From Eledone cirrhosa (lineage: Eukaryota), in the NCBI GenBank assembly GCA_964016885.1, contig OZ024747.1:57474001-57538000 (forward strand): DNA of 64,000 nt, read 5' to 3'. The notes under the pieces are model-generated. The model was not told the DNA's origin. It saw only the letters and a program-made list of their open reading frames with translations, and ran no database searches. This document shows positions 1 through 12,910 of this stretch, piece after piece; position 1 is the first letter of the stretch; each line of letters starts with the position of its first letter. The position numbers and the translations under genes were made by a program.

Positions 1-808
1 ACATTCAGCCCGGGACCTATGGACAACTTCCAGAAGTCCCTGGCCTGGCAGTGCTACCGAGGGGCTTTACCCGTTCGAGAAAGGCTCTACAGACACGGGC
101 GCCCGGGTAGGGACCCCGCCAAAAAGATCTGTCCCAGATGCGTGTGCGACGAGGAAACCGTTGCACACGCATTAGTACACTGCTCGGGCGTAGCCGATCT
201 GTGGGGCTATGTCGAACAACTGCTGTCAAGGGTGGGACCGATCCGGTTGACCACCGAGTCGATTGTAATGATCAAGCCGCCTCCCCCCTTCAAAGATGAA
301 GCAGAGGCGGTGTTTCTGTGCGTAATAGCCATGGCGAAAGAGGTTGTATGGTGGACGCGTCTGAAAGGACTGAGGTCGGGCACCTTTCTCTCTGGCCAAC
401 AACTGGTCCGTTTCTTCCGATATCATTTCGGAAGAAGGATCAGGATGGAGAGAGAGGTGCTGCACCCCAGCCGTTTCTATGAAAGATGGGTGAAAGTGGC
501 GAGAATGGCCCGTGTGAATGGGCCTTCACTCTACATCAGACTATAGGTGAGGAAGATAAAAGACCAAGGGAGCACCCCTTCTCTGTGCTCCTGAGGAGAA
601 GGGTTGCACACTTTTTTCGGGGGTGTGTGCGACCCCCCAAGGCGCCTCCTCTCTATTGAGGATTTTGTTAAAAATTTTATTTTTTGTTATATCTTATTTT
701 ATTTTTATATTTTGTTATTGCCTTCTCCTTATTGAGGACGCCTTTTTGTGTAAACTCCCCCCTTTGTACTTGTCCCACTTTTGATGCCCTAGTGGCAAAT
801 AAAAGAAA

Positions 809-810
<2 letters not shown>
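1..810 (+). mobile_element. 3' end of a Tx1/L1-group non-LTR retrotransposon (ORF2 C-terminus + 3' UTR), followed by a (TATC)n tail
   Basis: ORF 19-546 has the zf-RVT-type CCHC knuckle CPRCVCDEETVAHALVHC and the W..R helix typical of L1/Tx1 ORF2. AATAAA at 798-803, then (TATC)n. A related 3' end lies at 29958-30268. Confidence 0.85.
19..546 (+). CDS. C-terminal part of Tx1/L1-like ORF2 (zf-RVT/CCHC); 5' end lies outside the window
   Basis: Open frame from the window edge; motif LAWQCYRGALPVRERL...CPRC...ETVAHALVHC; stop TAG at 544-546. Confidence 0.8.
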   Translation: MDNFQKSLAWQCYRGALPVRERLYRHGRPGRDPAKKICPRCVCDEETVAHALVHCSGVADLWGYVEQLLSRVGPIRLTTESIVMIKPPPPFKDEAEAVFLCVIAMAKEVVWWTRLKGLRSGTFLSGQQLVRFFRYHFGRRIRMEREVLHPSRFYERWVKVARMARVNGPSLYIRL

Positions 811-960
<150 letters not shown>

Positions 961-1287
961 CCTATCCATCCATCCTTCCACACATCTATCTACCCCCCCT
1001 CTCTATATATATCTATCTATTTATCAATCTATCTATCTATTTACCATTTTTACCTCAATCTCTATATTTTTTGCTTCAATGCAACGCTGCCTTTCAACGC
1101 CAAATTTATTTGCAAAAGAGACGTGTTCTTTGTAGCGTAAAATCGATTCAAAGAGTTTCCGAAAATATCCGGTTACTTGGATTGAATAAGAATTAATGGC
1201 AAACGAAATCCGTCTCACAACCAACTGGTTGGTGAAGAGCGGCGTTGTGAGTCTGGAGAGAAAGATTATCTTGGAACTCATAGAGAA

Positions 1288-1395
1288 TAATGATGGCTAT
1301 GATGATGATGGTCTTGGGTGTGATGATGATGGTCTTGGTGGTGATGGGGATGATGTTGATGGTGGTGGTGATGATGATGATGATGATAGTATTAG

Positions 1396-1431
<36 letters not shown>

Positions 1432-1773
1432 CGATGACGATGCTGTTGGTGATGTTGGTGATGATAATAATGGTGACGATGCTGATGATGATGATAGTGT
1501 TGGTGGTGATGTTGATGACGATGACGATGACGATGATGATGATGATGATGATGATGATGACGATGACGATGACGATGCTGTTGGTGATGTTGGTGATGAT
1601 AATAATGCTGACGATGCTGATGATGATGATAGTGTTGGTGGTGATGTTGATGACGATGACGATGACGATGATGATGATGATGATGATGATGACGATGACG
1701 ATGCTGTTGATGATGTTGGTTGATGATAATAATGGTGACGATCTGATGATGATGATAGTGTTGGTGGCGATGT

Positions 1774-1814
<41 letters not shown>

Positions 1815-1935
1815 TTAGTGACGATGATAATGATGGAAGTAATGATGACGATGATGATGACGATGATGATGATGATGATGATGGGGATGTTTGTGATGAT
1901 GATGAGGGTGGGGATTATAATTATGATAGTGGTGA
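1288..1935. repeat. Degenerate (GAT/GGT/GAC)n trinucleotide array with internal higher-order duplications
   Basis: Directly visible; it explains the poly-D/M/I ORFs. Confidence 0.9.
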
Positions 1936-1996
1936 TAGCCGGGAGAGTCGATGGGTTGGGTGGCATAACTTATGTACACACACAAAAAAAAAAAAG

Positions 1997-2044
<48 letters not shown>

Positions 2045-2122
2045 GGGCACATATGCGTTTTCATATACACACACACACACAGATATAACACATTACAGAA
2101 ATGGAGGAAAGAAATATTGTGT

Positions 2123-2162
<40 letters not shown>

Positions 2163-2286
2163 CTGTCTCTATGTGTGTGCGTGTGTGAGAGAGAGGAAGA
2201 AAAAGAAAGAGAGAGTATATATATACATTTATGTATACATATATATATAAATATATATATATATACATTTATGTATAAAAAAATAA

Positions 2287-2333
<47 letters not shown>

Positions 2334-2411
2334 CATATAGATATATCCACACGTTCATATATATGCATACACATATTCACAAATATATATGTATGCGTAT
2401 ACACACATAGA

Positions 2412-2497
<86 letters not shown>

Positions 2498-2770
2498 CAT
2501 ATATGAATATCTACACATAAATACACACATTGGTGTGTGCATATATAAACAGTGTGTTAACACTGCGTTGTAGAGTATCATTCCGCAATTCCTGTCACAT
2601 CAGGATATGTCTGTATAGATACAGTACCAATAGCTAACGATTACATATGATCAATGATTGGGAAGACGAAATGAACAGGAATATTATAGTATTATAGAAT
2701 GGGACACTTAGTCCACGAAAGAACAGAGACACACATACATACATATATACATACACACACATACACACAC

Positions 2771-2848
<78 letters not shown>

Positions 2849-2879
2849 GTGTATGTGTATATATATAAATATATACATG

Positions 2880-2923
<44 letters not shown>

Positions 2924-3040
2924 CATATATACATACCTACGCACACACACATATATACATACATATATATATATATATACATATATACATATATACATGC
3001 ATATATATATATATATTTATATATATATATATACATACAT

Positions 3041-3099
<59 letters not shown>

Positions 3100-3435
3100 C
3101 GTACATATATACATACATGCATGTATTCATACATACATACATACATTCATACGCATACACTCATATATACATTCACATACTTACATACACATTTATTCAT
3201 AATCATTCATTCACATAAACACGCAAACACTGAATGATGGACTAATGGCATATGAAAAATGAAAAATAACTGGAACTCCTCTAAGTGAGTTTACTATGAT
3301 GTTCATGAAGCGTATCTCTCTCCCTCTCTCCCTCTCTCTCACTCTATCTATCACTTATCCCCCTTCTTTCTCTAAATATATACTTATGAGTGTGCGTGTG
3401 TGTAATTCTGATGTATATATGTATGTTCACACGTA

Positions 3436-3489
<54 letters not shown>

Positions 3490-3495
<6 letters not shown>

Positions 3496-3555
3496 GATAA
3501 ATCTACCAAGAGTTTACGGTAGTGTCCGTAAACTCTTGGTAGATTTATCTACATA
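3490..3555. repeat. Perfect 30-bp inverted repeat with a 6-nt loop (inverted pLTR tip)
   Basis: atgtagataaatctaccaagagtttacgg-tagtgt-ccgtaaactcttggtagatttatctacat. Confidence 0.95.
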
Positions 3556-3711
3556 ATTTTGCTCCTATTTTCACGGAAATATTCGTATTTTTGTACTGTA
3601 TGTGTGTATTAATTTTATATTTATGTATAAACATATATATATATATGTATGATTTTGTAAACCCATATACAGTTAGTTGAGCTCTTTCAATTGTCCATCA
3701 TCCATATCACA

Positions 3712-6153
3712 ATGGAAAAACAGTATTTAGGAACCTCCTTAAAAAACATACCAATACCTTCTAAGGACGACTTCTTACTCCTTATGATTCAGAAAACTAA
3801 TAATTTTATCAGAAGGGTTAGATGGAGAGCCTACCACTTCGATAGAAAATCTAAACAAGCAGATCGGAAATATATGTATGATTTCAACACTTACAAGAAT
3901 CCACCACACAACTTTTTACTTGAAGACTTCGAGAAAGACCTTTTTAATTTAATTAAACACCTCAAATTTAAAAAGTATAAATCCGTCTTTCAAAAGGACC
4001 TTGATTCTACCCTATTGGACCTAAAAAAGTCTAAAAAAATCCATGTCCACTCGGACAAAACTGGTAACTTGTATCATATGGATTTTGAACATTATAATGA
4101 GTTCATATATAAAGAACTCAGAAAAAATTATAAAAAATCTAATAATGTGTCACTCACCAACATCAACAACAAAACACACAACATAGTAAAAAAACTAAAT
4201 ATTGAAGATAGAACTGAACCTTTGGCATTGAAATGTCCACACTTCAACCTGAAAGATCACAAATCTAACTTTAACTCTAATCCTTCTATTAGACTTATAT
4301 GTCCCTCCAAATCAGATATTGGAATAATTAGCAAAAAAATTTTAGATAGAGTCATCCCACAAATAAGAAAATACGTTATTTTACCACTCTGGGAAAACAC
4401 CTCCCAGGTAATTAATTGGTTTAAAAATATTAGGTGTAAATCTTCTGCTTCTTTCCTACAATTTGATATAGATAATTACTATTCTTCTATATCACCCATA
4501 CTCCTGAACAAAGCATTAATATTTGCTAAAAATAGATCTAATTTAACTTCGGATGACATTAACATTATTACACATGCTAGACAAACACTTATTGAATTTC
4601 AGAATGAATACTGGACCAGAAACACTTACAGTAATCTTTTTGATATTACTATGGGTTCAAGCGATTCCGCCCAAATTACTGATCTTGTGGGCCTCTTTCT
4701 CCTTTTCAACATAAATGCCTCTTTTCCCCACCTCAAAGGTGGTTTATATCGTGATGACTGTCTTCTTCTTTCTAACAACCTTAGCCTTTCAGAAATCGAA
4801 AAAAACAAAAAGCATATTAGAACTTTCCTTAAAGACTATTATAATCTTAATATTACTTTTGAAAAAACAAGTAAAGTAGTAAATTTCCTAGATATAACTT
4901 TAGATTTAGCTACGGGTATATACCAACCTTACCATAAACCTAACCAAAACTTACATTACATACACTCACAATCTAATCACCCTAAATCTATCCTTAAAAA
5001 CCTTGCATATAATATATCACTTAGAATTTCTAACCTTTCTTCTAACCAAGATGTATTTGATAAAAATGCGACCTTTTATAATGAAGCTCTAGATAGAAGT
5101 GGCCACAAAAATAGATTAGAGTATATACCTTCTACTAAAAATACTGAAAGCATACAGCATAATATTACCAACAAACACCAAATGAAAAGTACACACCTAA
5201 ATGCCACCCACAGTATACCCCAAAATACTAAATCTTCTAATATAAAGTATAGTAACCCTCAAAAAACTACTCATCATACGACTATAATAAATATTAATAA
5301 TAAAACTCCTAATAAAAAAGATAAAACACCTAAATCTACAAATATAACTAAAAATAGTTGTGGTGAGATCATTAACATTAATCCTCCTAGTAAAAATCAT
5401 GATACAACATATAAAAATAATAAAAATAATAAACAACATAGAAACCGTAATAGACGAGTTACTTGGTATAATGCTCCTTTTAATTTACAAGTTAAGGATA
5501 ATATTGCTAAAAAATTTTTTTATATCCTTGAGAAAAACTTCCCGCCAAACCACAAATACCATCAAATCTTAAACAGGTCTACAGTTAAATTCTCATACTC
5601 TACAACAAATAACATAAAACAAAATATAAGTGCATATAATGCATATAAATGTAAGAAAACCATAAGTATACCACCAGTACATCAAACTAACAATAATATC
5701 TCCTCAAATACAGAATTAACGAAAGGATGTAACTGTAGAAACAAAACAAACTGCCCATTAAAAGGGAATTGTCTTGTTAACAACATAGTCTATAAATGTA
5801 ATGTTAAAACTAAAGATTCTATTTGCTCATATATAGGAGCTACCTCTAACAATTTTAAGACAAGGTATAATACCCACAAACATAGCTTTAAAAATGCCGC
5901 ACTGGCTAATACAACATCTCTAGCAGAAAAAATCAATAGTTATAAAAATAAAAATATAAAATATGATTTGACCTGGAGTGTGCTCAAAAGAGCCACCCCT
6001 TATCAAAATAATAGAAAGGAATGTAGATTATGTTCCCAAGAACTATTTGAAATAATGAAGTCTAGGGATATCTTATTAAATAAAAGACAGGAATTAATTA
6101 TATCGTGTAATCATAAACTAAAAAAAACATTTAAATATTATGAACCCAATTAA
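3712..6153 (+). CDS. Penelope-like reverse transcriptase / GIY-YIG endonuclease polyprotein (Naiad-type), 813 aa from the first ATG
   Basis: N-terminal SLKNIPIP and DKT motifs; RT motifs FDIDNYYSSI, ITMGS, YRDD, FLDI; CNC-x5-C-x5-C linker; GIY-YIG variant IVYKC...SYIG...R...H; C-terminal CRLC...E...LNKR.E....C.H; no internal stops. Confidence 0.93.
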   Translation: MEKQYLGTSLKNIPIPSKDDFLLLMIQKTNNFIRRVRWRAYHFDRKSKQADRKYMYDFNTYKNPPHNFLLEDFEKDLFNLIKHLKFKKYKSVFQKDLDSTLLDLKKSKKIHVHSDKTGNLYHMDFEHYNEFIYKELRKNYKKSNNVSLTNINNKTHNIVKKLNIEDRTEPLALKCPHFNLKDHKSNFNSNPSIRLICPSKSDIGIISKKILDRVIPQIRKYVILPLWENTSQVINWFKNIRCKSSASFLQFDIDNYYSSISPILLNKALIFAKNRSNLTSDDINIITHARQTLIEFQNEYWTRNTYSNLFDITMGSSDSAQITDLVGLFLLFNINASFPHLKGGLYRDDCLLLSNNLSLSEIEKNKKHIRTFLKDYYNLNITFEKTSKVVNFLDITLDLATGIYQPYHKPNQNLHYIHSQSNHPKSILKNLAYNISLRISNLSSNQDVFDKNATFYNEALDRSGHKNRLEYIPSTKNTESIQHNITNKHQMKSTHLNATHSIPQNTKSSNIKYSNPQKTTHHTTIININNKTPNKKDKTPKSTNITKNSCGEIININPPSKNHDTTYKNNKNNKQHRNRNRRVTWYNAPFNLQVKDNIAKKFFYILEKNFPPNHKYHQILNRSTVKFSYSTTNNIKQNISAYNAYKCKKTISIPPVHQTNNNISSNTELTKGCNCRNKTNCPLKGNCLVNNIVYKCNVKTKDSICSYIGATSNNFKTRYNTHKHSFKNAALANTTSLAEKINSYKNKNIKYDLTWSVLKRATPYQNNRKECRLCSQELFEIMKSRDILLNKRQELIISCNHKLKKTFKYYEPN

Positions 6154-7906
6154 TAACATTATTCTAGAATTTAATTTAATAAATTTAATTTAATTAATAT
6201 TTTATTACAGATGAGAAAATATTATGTAATCATAAATTTTGAAAAACCTTTAAATATTACTAATATATACTCAGTAATTTAATTTATAGATTAATTTTAA
6301 TTTATTTTAACCTTTTACTATAATTTTTTTTATAATTCTTTTACAGATAAAATATAACAAAATAATATCATGTATCCTATGACGGAGAAAGAATTTTTAG
6401 TATTATAGACCTAATTAATATACATTTTGGAAATATATTTATTATTTGGTTTTAGTTTTAATCAACCTAAAACTTTAATTTTAATTTGCTTAAAATTAGT
6501 ATCCTTGTACAGACGAATTGCAGAATGTCATGTAATCATAGAATGGGATGTGTTTTGGATATATACCTAGTTAATATATTCTGTGCAATTTTTTGAAAAA
6601 GATATGTATATCTATATGTATATGTATGTGTGTGTATTGTATGTGTATCTATATGTATATTTATGTGACTATATATGTATGTATGTGTATATATATGTAT
6701 ATATATATATATATATATGTGTGTATATGTATATATATGTATATGTGTATGTATATGTATATGTATGCGTATTAATTTTGATTTTTATTTGCATATATTT
6801 ATATTATGCTATTGATGAAATACAATATCTGCTTTATGTATTGTATACCTAATTAACATATACTAATTAACGTATACTATTGAAATAAATATATAATTTT
6901 TAATTTAGTTAACATATAATTTATATGCTACTACCGATGTAATACTTTATTTTATTTTTATTTGGGTTTCTTTTCCCTATTACTAAATTCATCTCCTAAT
7001 ATTGATACCATAACGTTATTAACTTTAATTTAGTTATAATGTAATTAATAATCTACTACTGTTTGACTTCATAATTTTGCTTCAAATATTATAAACCTAA
7101 CTAATTTACACCTTGGAAATCAATATGTTGACTATCTTTGGTTTAGTTAACATATGATTAATGGTATACTTTTTTATTTTGGGATGCATAGATTTCGTAT
7201 TTCCTAGCACTGAAAATATGTAAGAACATACATTGAATTAAGATACGGAAAATATTATATGTTTCTTGAAACATATTTTACTTTGATCCCCTTCTCCAAA
7301 CCCCCCCTTTCCCCCATACTATTATCATCTGTTTTTGTAAGAGTATATGTATGAATATATGTGTAGGTGGGTGTCTATTTATTTCTAATTATAAAAATAC
7401 ATATATGAGCATGTAAATATGAATGTAAGATTGAGTGTGTATATATGATTGTACATACATATGTGTGTATATATATGTATATATATGTATTATATATGTA
7501 TGTGTATGTGAATGTGTGGTATGTATATGTGTATGTATATGTATATATGTGTATGTATGTGTATGCTTGTATATAGGAATATATATATGTGTATATATGT
7601 ATATATATGTATATGCGTGGTTGTATGTATGTGTATATGGGTTCTGTATATATTCGTATGTCTCTCTATTTATATGTTTATCTTCATATCTATGTGATAT
7701 ATGTGTGTGTGTGTGCATATATGCATATGTATGTGTTTGTGTGTGTTTGTATGTGTGTGTGTATATATATATGTATTTGCGCACACTCACATACACATAT
7801 ATATATATATGTATATGTGAGTGTGTATGTGTGTCTGTGTGAGTGTGTGTGTGTGTATGTGTATATATGTGTGTATATATATGTATGTATGTATGTGTAT
7901 ATATGT

Positions 7907-7942
<36 letters not shown>

Positions 7943-8325
7943 ATATGGGTATCTATGTGTGAATATATGTCTTTATTCGTATGTGTGTATTTATGTATGT
8001 ATATGTTTAGGTGTATGTATGTATGTATATGTATGTGTGTGTGTATATATATATGTATATGTATATATGTATATGTGTGTTATATATGTATATATATATA
8101 TATATATTATTCTTTATTATTATTGTAATATAACTTATGTGTATATGTGTATAAGTGAGGTTTTGTATGTATATATACTATGTGTATATATAAGAGTAAT
8201 GAAATATATATATATATGTGTGTGTATATATGTGCATGTCTGTTTTTTATGTGTGTGTATATATATATGTGTATGTGTATATATGTGTATATATATATAT
8301 ATATATGTGTACGTGTGTGTATGTG

Positions 8326-8364
<39 letters not shown>

Positions 8365-8429
8365 GTGGGTGTTTGTATGTATATTTATGGTGGTATGAGT
8401 GTGGGGATATATATGTTTGTATATATATA

Positions 8430-8462
<33 letters not shown>

Positions 8463-8485
8463 GAGTCTATGTGTGTGTGTGTATA

Positions 8486-8528
<43 letters not shown>

Positions 8529-9305
8529 ATGTGTGTATGTGTTGCGCGTGAGTGTGTGTGTATTTATATCTTTTTATATGTGTATGTGTATGTTCGTGTA
8601 AATGTATGTGTGTGTATGACAGTATAGGTATGTGTGTATGTATGTATGTGTAGATATCTCTATGTGCGCGTACATGTATGTATCTGTATGTATATCTGTA
8701 TGTGTATGTACATTTATTATATTTTATTGTTTTTATTTTTATTTTTTTATTTTTCTTAATTTATAGATACATTTATTTTAGGCTGTCTGGTCTGACAATC
8801 TAATACTGACCCCTCCCCCCCCCCCCTCCCACCTAATTTCTGTATCTTGATCTTGAAATGTGTGTACCAGTGTTCTTATGTGAGTGACTTAATTTCTATT
8901 TGCTTATGATTTTATATCCACATATATAAATGTGAGTGGGGGAGTGTGTGTGTTTGTATGTTCGTGGTTATGTGTATATTTATGCATATACGCACATGTA
9001 TGTGTGATTATACTGATATGTGTGAGTATGAAAAAAAAAAAAAAAAAATATTTATATGCTTGACTCCATAAGTATCTTTGCGTATCTTATCAGCGCATTA
9101 AGCTTACAGAGATATTAACCTTGAAATTTTGTGTTTACATCCATCTTTTTAGTATACACATACAAATTATACACACATTATTGTAAAATATGTGTAAGGT
9201 TTTTGCATGTATATACACACACCAAACTGCTTTTTTACCCTTTGTGTTTTCATTGGTCAATTTTGAACTGACATTTTGAATTGTTGTTATTATCAATAAA
9301 TATAC

Positions 9306-9460
9306 TTCATTATTTCTGAAGACGGCGTATATATGAGTTAGGTATGTATATTTAATCTTGATAATTTGTATAATTTTGTATAATTTTGTACATAGATCTG
9401 TTAAATATGCATACCAATTATAACACATATATGCCCTAGAAACGATCGTTAAATAGTGAA
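9306..9460 (+). ncRNA. Type I hammerhead ribozyme with extended stem II (PLE pLTR)
   Basis: Stem I ttcattattt/aaatagtgaa; CTGAAGA at 9316-9322; stem II ggcgtatat/atatatgcc; GAAA at 9439-9442; palindromic stem III cgatcg; GUU cleavage triplet. Confidence 0.75.
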
Positions 9461-9505
9461 CTTTTTTTGTTTAATATAAGGAATTGTTTGTTCATTATTT
9501 GTTTA

Positions 9506-9632
<127 letters not shown>

Positions 9633-9684
9633 ATATATATAGGTATGTGTGAACATACATATATACATCAGGATTACACACACG

Positions 9685-9820
9685 TCCAGAATTAGCCGTC
9701 GAAACGGCTTGAGCTCAGCCGTCGGGGTCCTACTCGTTCCTGTTACCCACTCTACTACCCTAAGTATTGAGTACTTTGGTGCGTTATGGTCTATCTGGTT
9801 CCTTACCACATTTCCTTCGA
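9685..9820 (+). mobile_element. Short PLE-like repeat carrying the 3' half of an HHR (copies at 54605-54910)
   Basis: GAAA-cggct(tgagctc)agccg-TC-ggggtc. A near-identical reverse copy lies at 54775-54910; bordered by TA/CA simple repeats. Confidence 0.6.
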
Positions 9821-9867
9821 TATATATATATATATATAAATATATATATATGTGTGTGTATCATGTG

Positions 9868-10045
9868 GCTTCTGCAGGACTAGGACCGTTTCATTCAAAA
9901 GAAACCACCAGTAAATTGATAATTTCTTTTGAATGAAACAGTTCTAGTCCTGTAGAAGCAATTTCTATATTAAACATGATGTTTACACTCTACTAATGTA
10001 TTGAGTATCTCACTTACTGTGGCTACCCCTTATTGAACGAGGGTC
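9868..10045 (+). mobile_element. Fold-back PLE-derived fragment with degenerate HHR, same family as 22107-22395 and 35549-35650
   Basis: Shares gaatgaaacagttctagtcctgtagaa...ctatattaaaca...tgtattgagta with 22281-22352; has a 5' inverted arm. Confidence 0.65.
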
Positions 10046-10047
10046 TC

Positions 10048-10095
<48 letters not shown>

Positions 10096-10387
10096 TTATA
10101 TATATATTTATATATGCAAAGGTAAAACGCATATAACAAAGGAAACTACACAGTGCAATGAAGAAATATAATAGCTTTACGCTTGATGTAGTAGGAAAAG
10201 GTTTTGCCGTCTGAAGAGCTCAGGCTATCTTAATTGATAGTCATCAGTGAAATGTGTATAACAGAGTTTTAAACAAACCTGAATCAACTGAATATGGCCC
10301 CCGGTCTTTTAATAATATATAATGCTCCGTCTTGCACCATTTAAACAGGTCGTTGACTGCTTCTTATTTTCTGGTTCACAACCGACA

Positions 10388-10529
<142 letters not shown>

Positions 10530-10547
10530 TGTATGTATGTATGTATG

Positions 10548-10936
10548 TCGGGAGAGATGACCCCTTAGCCTTTGTCAAGGCAGAATTCTAGGAGAAGGAA
10601 AACTCTGATATAACACCTGCAACCCTGATGGTATCCAATGATGTTGACTTGTTCTTCTTTTTGGTAAATATCATCTTGGTTAAGAGAGTGGGACTGGCTT
10701 TGTGCAGTGCCTTTGCTCACTATAAAAGCTTCACAGCACGGGCATTGCTTTATATCTGGAGATATAAATGGGCCCTGCACTATGTGTCAATAATGGTCAC
10801 AAGTGTAGTCTTTGTACCAGAGTTTTCAAGTCGCTGGCTGGACTAAAAAGTCACATTCGTTCAGCGCATCGGTAGGGGTTCTCCTACATGGATATAAAGT
10901 AGTGGCTGTACTCGAAAACGAGTTGGCAGCCACCAT
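10548..10936 (+). mobile_element. Non-coding retroelement fragment flanked by (TATG)n (RTE 5'-UTR-like family; copies at 43430-44083)
   Basis: Closely similar to the 43430-43770 and 44000-44080 segments; shares the end gcagccaccatg(tatg)n. Confidence 0.65.
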
Positions 10937-11029
10937 GTATGTATGTATGTATGAATGAATATATATATATGTATATATATGTATATATATATGTATATAT
11001 ATATATATATATATATACATATATGTATG

Positions 11030-11077
<48 letters not shown>

Positions 11078-11167
11078 CATACATACATACATACATACGT
11101 ATATATATATATATATGTACGTATGTATATACATATATACATACATGTATACAAATGTATACATATA

Positions 11168-11243
<76 letters not shown>

Positions 11244-11562
11244 ATGCACATACGTTTATGTATATATGCATACACACATATATACCTGCTTGCTTTTGTA
11301 TGAACACGTGAATTCCCTTAAACAAACTAGAAATCATATAAGCTCCATCATTCAATTATGATGCAAGACAAGACGGTCACATCAGGTAACTTCGACAGAA
11401 TTCCCCTCCAAAAACAGACTTACGTGGAACCCATGCTGATCGTAGAAGATATAGAAAAGAAAGTAGCAAGTTGAAAAATTGAAGACCGCCCGCAAAATGA
11501 GTGTTATCTTGTCTACTAGGACCACCAGTTCTACAATTAGCTGAACAAAACAACTTAAATGG

Positions 11563-11602
<40 letters not shown>

Positions 11603-11611
<9 letters not shown>

Positions 11612-12030
11612 CGTGAAGTTGTATATGTGGTGACATACGGTATGTTTATAAATAAATATTTTGAAAACCTTCCGCTATGAATTTGAAAACTGACAGCATA
11701 GCGCCATCTAGTGTGTTCCAACAGTATGGACAACCAGTGATGATGGCGTCATCATTTCTGACTTTTGTCGTTATCAAACTGGTACTGCCGACCGCTTACT
11801 ATTGGAAGATTATATAAGCCAAAATATATAGTTGAGAAGCTTATTTACATTGGCTGATCAGCCAAATTTGTCTATAGAGTTACAGCTGCCTCACGGAGAT
11901 AAAATAAGGACATTAACTCTAACATAACTTTGTATATGAAATACGTGAAGTTGTATATCTGGCAACATACAGTATGTTTATAAATAAACATTTTGAAAGC
12001 CTTCCGCCATGAATTTTAAAACTGACAGCA
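11603..12030. mobile_element. Element with ~95-bp terminal direct repeats (period ~332 bp) in (TA)n
   Basis: atgaaatacgtgaagttgtatat...aaaactgacagcata at 11604-11700 and 11936-12031; shares a cata..gtatgttta motif with the 21.5-kb HHR element. Confidence 0.6.
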
Positions 12031-12481
12031 TATATATAATCATATCTGGGAAAAGCAAACAAGATAAGATAAAACTCTCTACTTACTTTACTGTCCCTAC
12101 TGCAGTTTCATTGAGAAAATAACAATACTCCGCGTATTGTGAAAAGTCTCAAATCATCAGGAGACTTTTCTCAGTCAAGAAAGAAAATTCAAGACAGAAA
12201 CATTCTTCCGTGTTCGCTATCAGCGATAATTTCTAATAGAAGAAATATTACGTGACGGGCAAGGGAGATAACCTCTATGAACTTGGCTGATCGAAACTTT
12301 TTAGACAACGTTTCAAGCAAAAGGAAATGTTTCCATCGTATTAGATCTCAGCGAAGCATATTTACTTTTTAAGTAGATTGGTCAGATATAGATTCAGAAA
12401 GAGGGGGAAAATCCAGGCGGTGATTATGTATATCCACAAAATGCAAGAAAAAATACATGAGCGGAGTGCTCTGCATAAATG

Positions 12482-12544
<63 letters not shown>

Positions 12545-12604
12545 TGTGTGTGTGTGTGTGTGCGTGCGTGTGTGTGTGTGTGTGTATGTGTGCATGTGTT
12601 GTGA

Positions 12605-12910
12605 TGCTGCATATCTTAGTGGTTAGAATATTCAGTTAACGATGGTAAGGTCATGAGTTCGATTTTCTTACTTGAACAAAGCACATTATTTCATGTTACT
12701 CCAGTCGAACAATCTGGCAAAAATGATTTGCACTTGTAATTCTAAAAGGCCGGCCTTGTCACATACTGTGTTTTGCTGAATCTCCCTGAGACTTTTGTTA
12801 AAGGTAGTCGTGTGATAATTGAATGTCCAGCAACTTGTAAATTAATTTCGCAAGCAGGCTCTTCTAAGGTTTGAATAACTGGAACACTCGTCGTCTGAAC
12901 TGACGGAGAT
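12605..12910 (+). mobile_element. Old tRNA-derived SINE (CORE-like family), degenerate
   Basis: A-box/B-box remnants (cttagtggttag...gagttcgatt); similar to 24035-24370, 39270-39515 and 55020-55310. Confidence 0.55.

Noticed and set aside
1193-3237. Long ORFs rich in I/Y/M/D/H/T
   Set aside because: Translations of (TA)n, (CA)n and (GAT)n microsatellites; the same applies to most ORFs in the track.
6153-6600. SECIS element / selenoprotein Naiad
   Set aside because: The ORF has no in-frame TGA, and no convincing SECIS fold was seen by eye.
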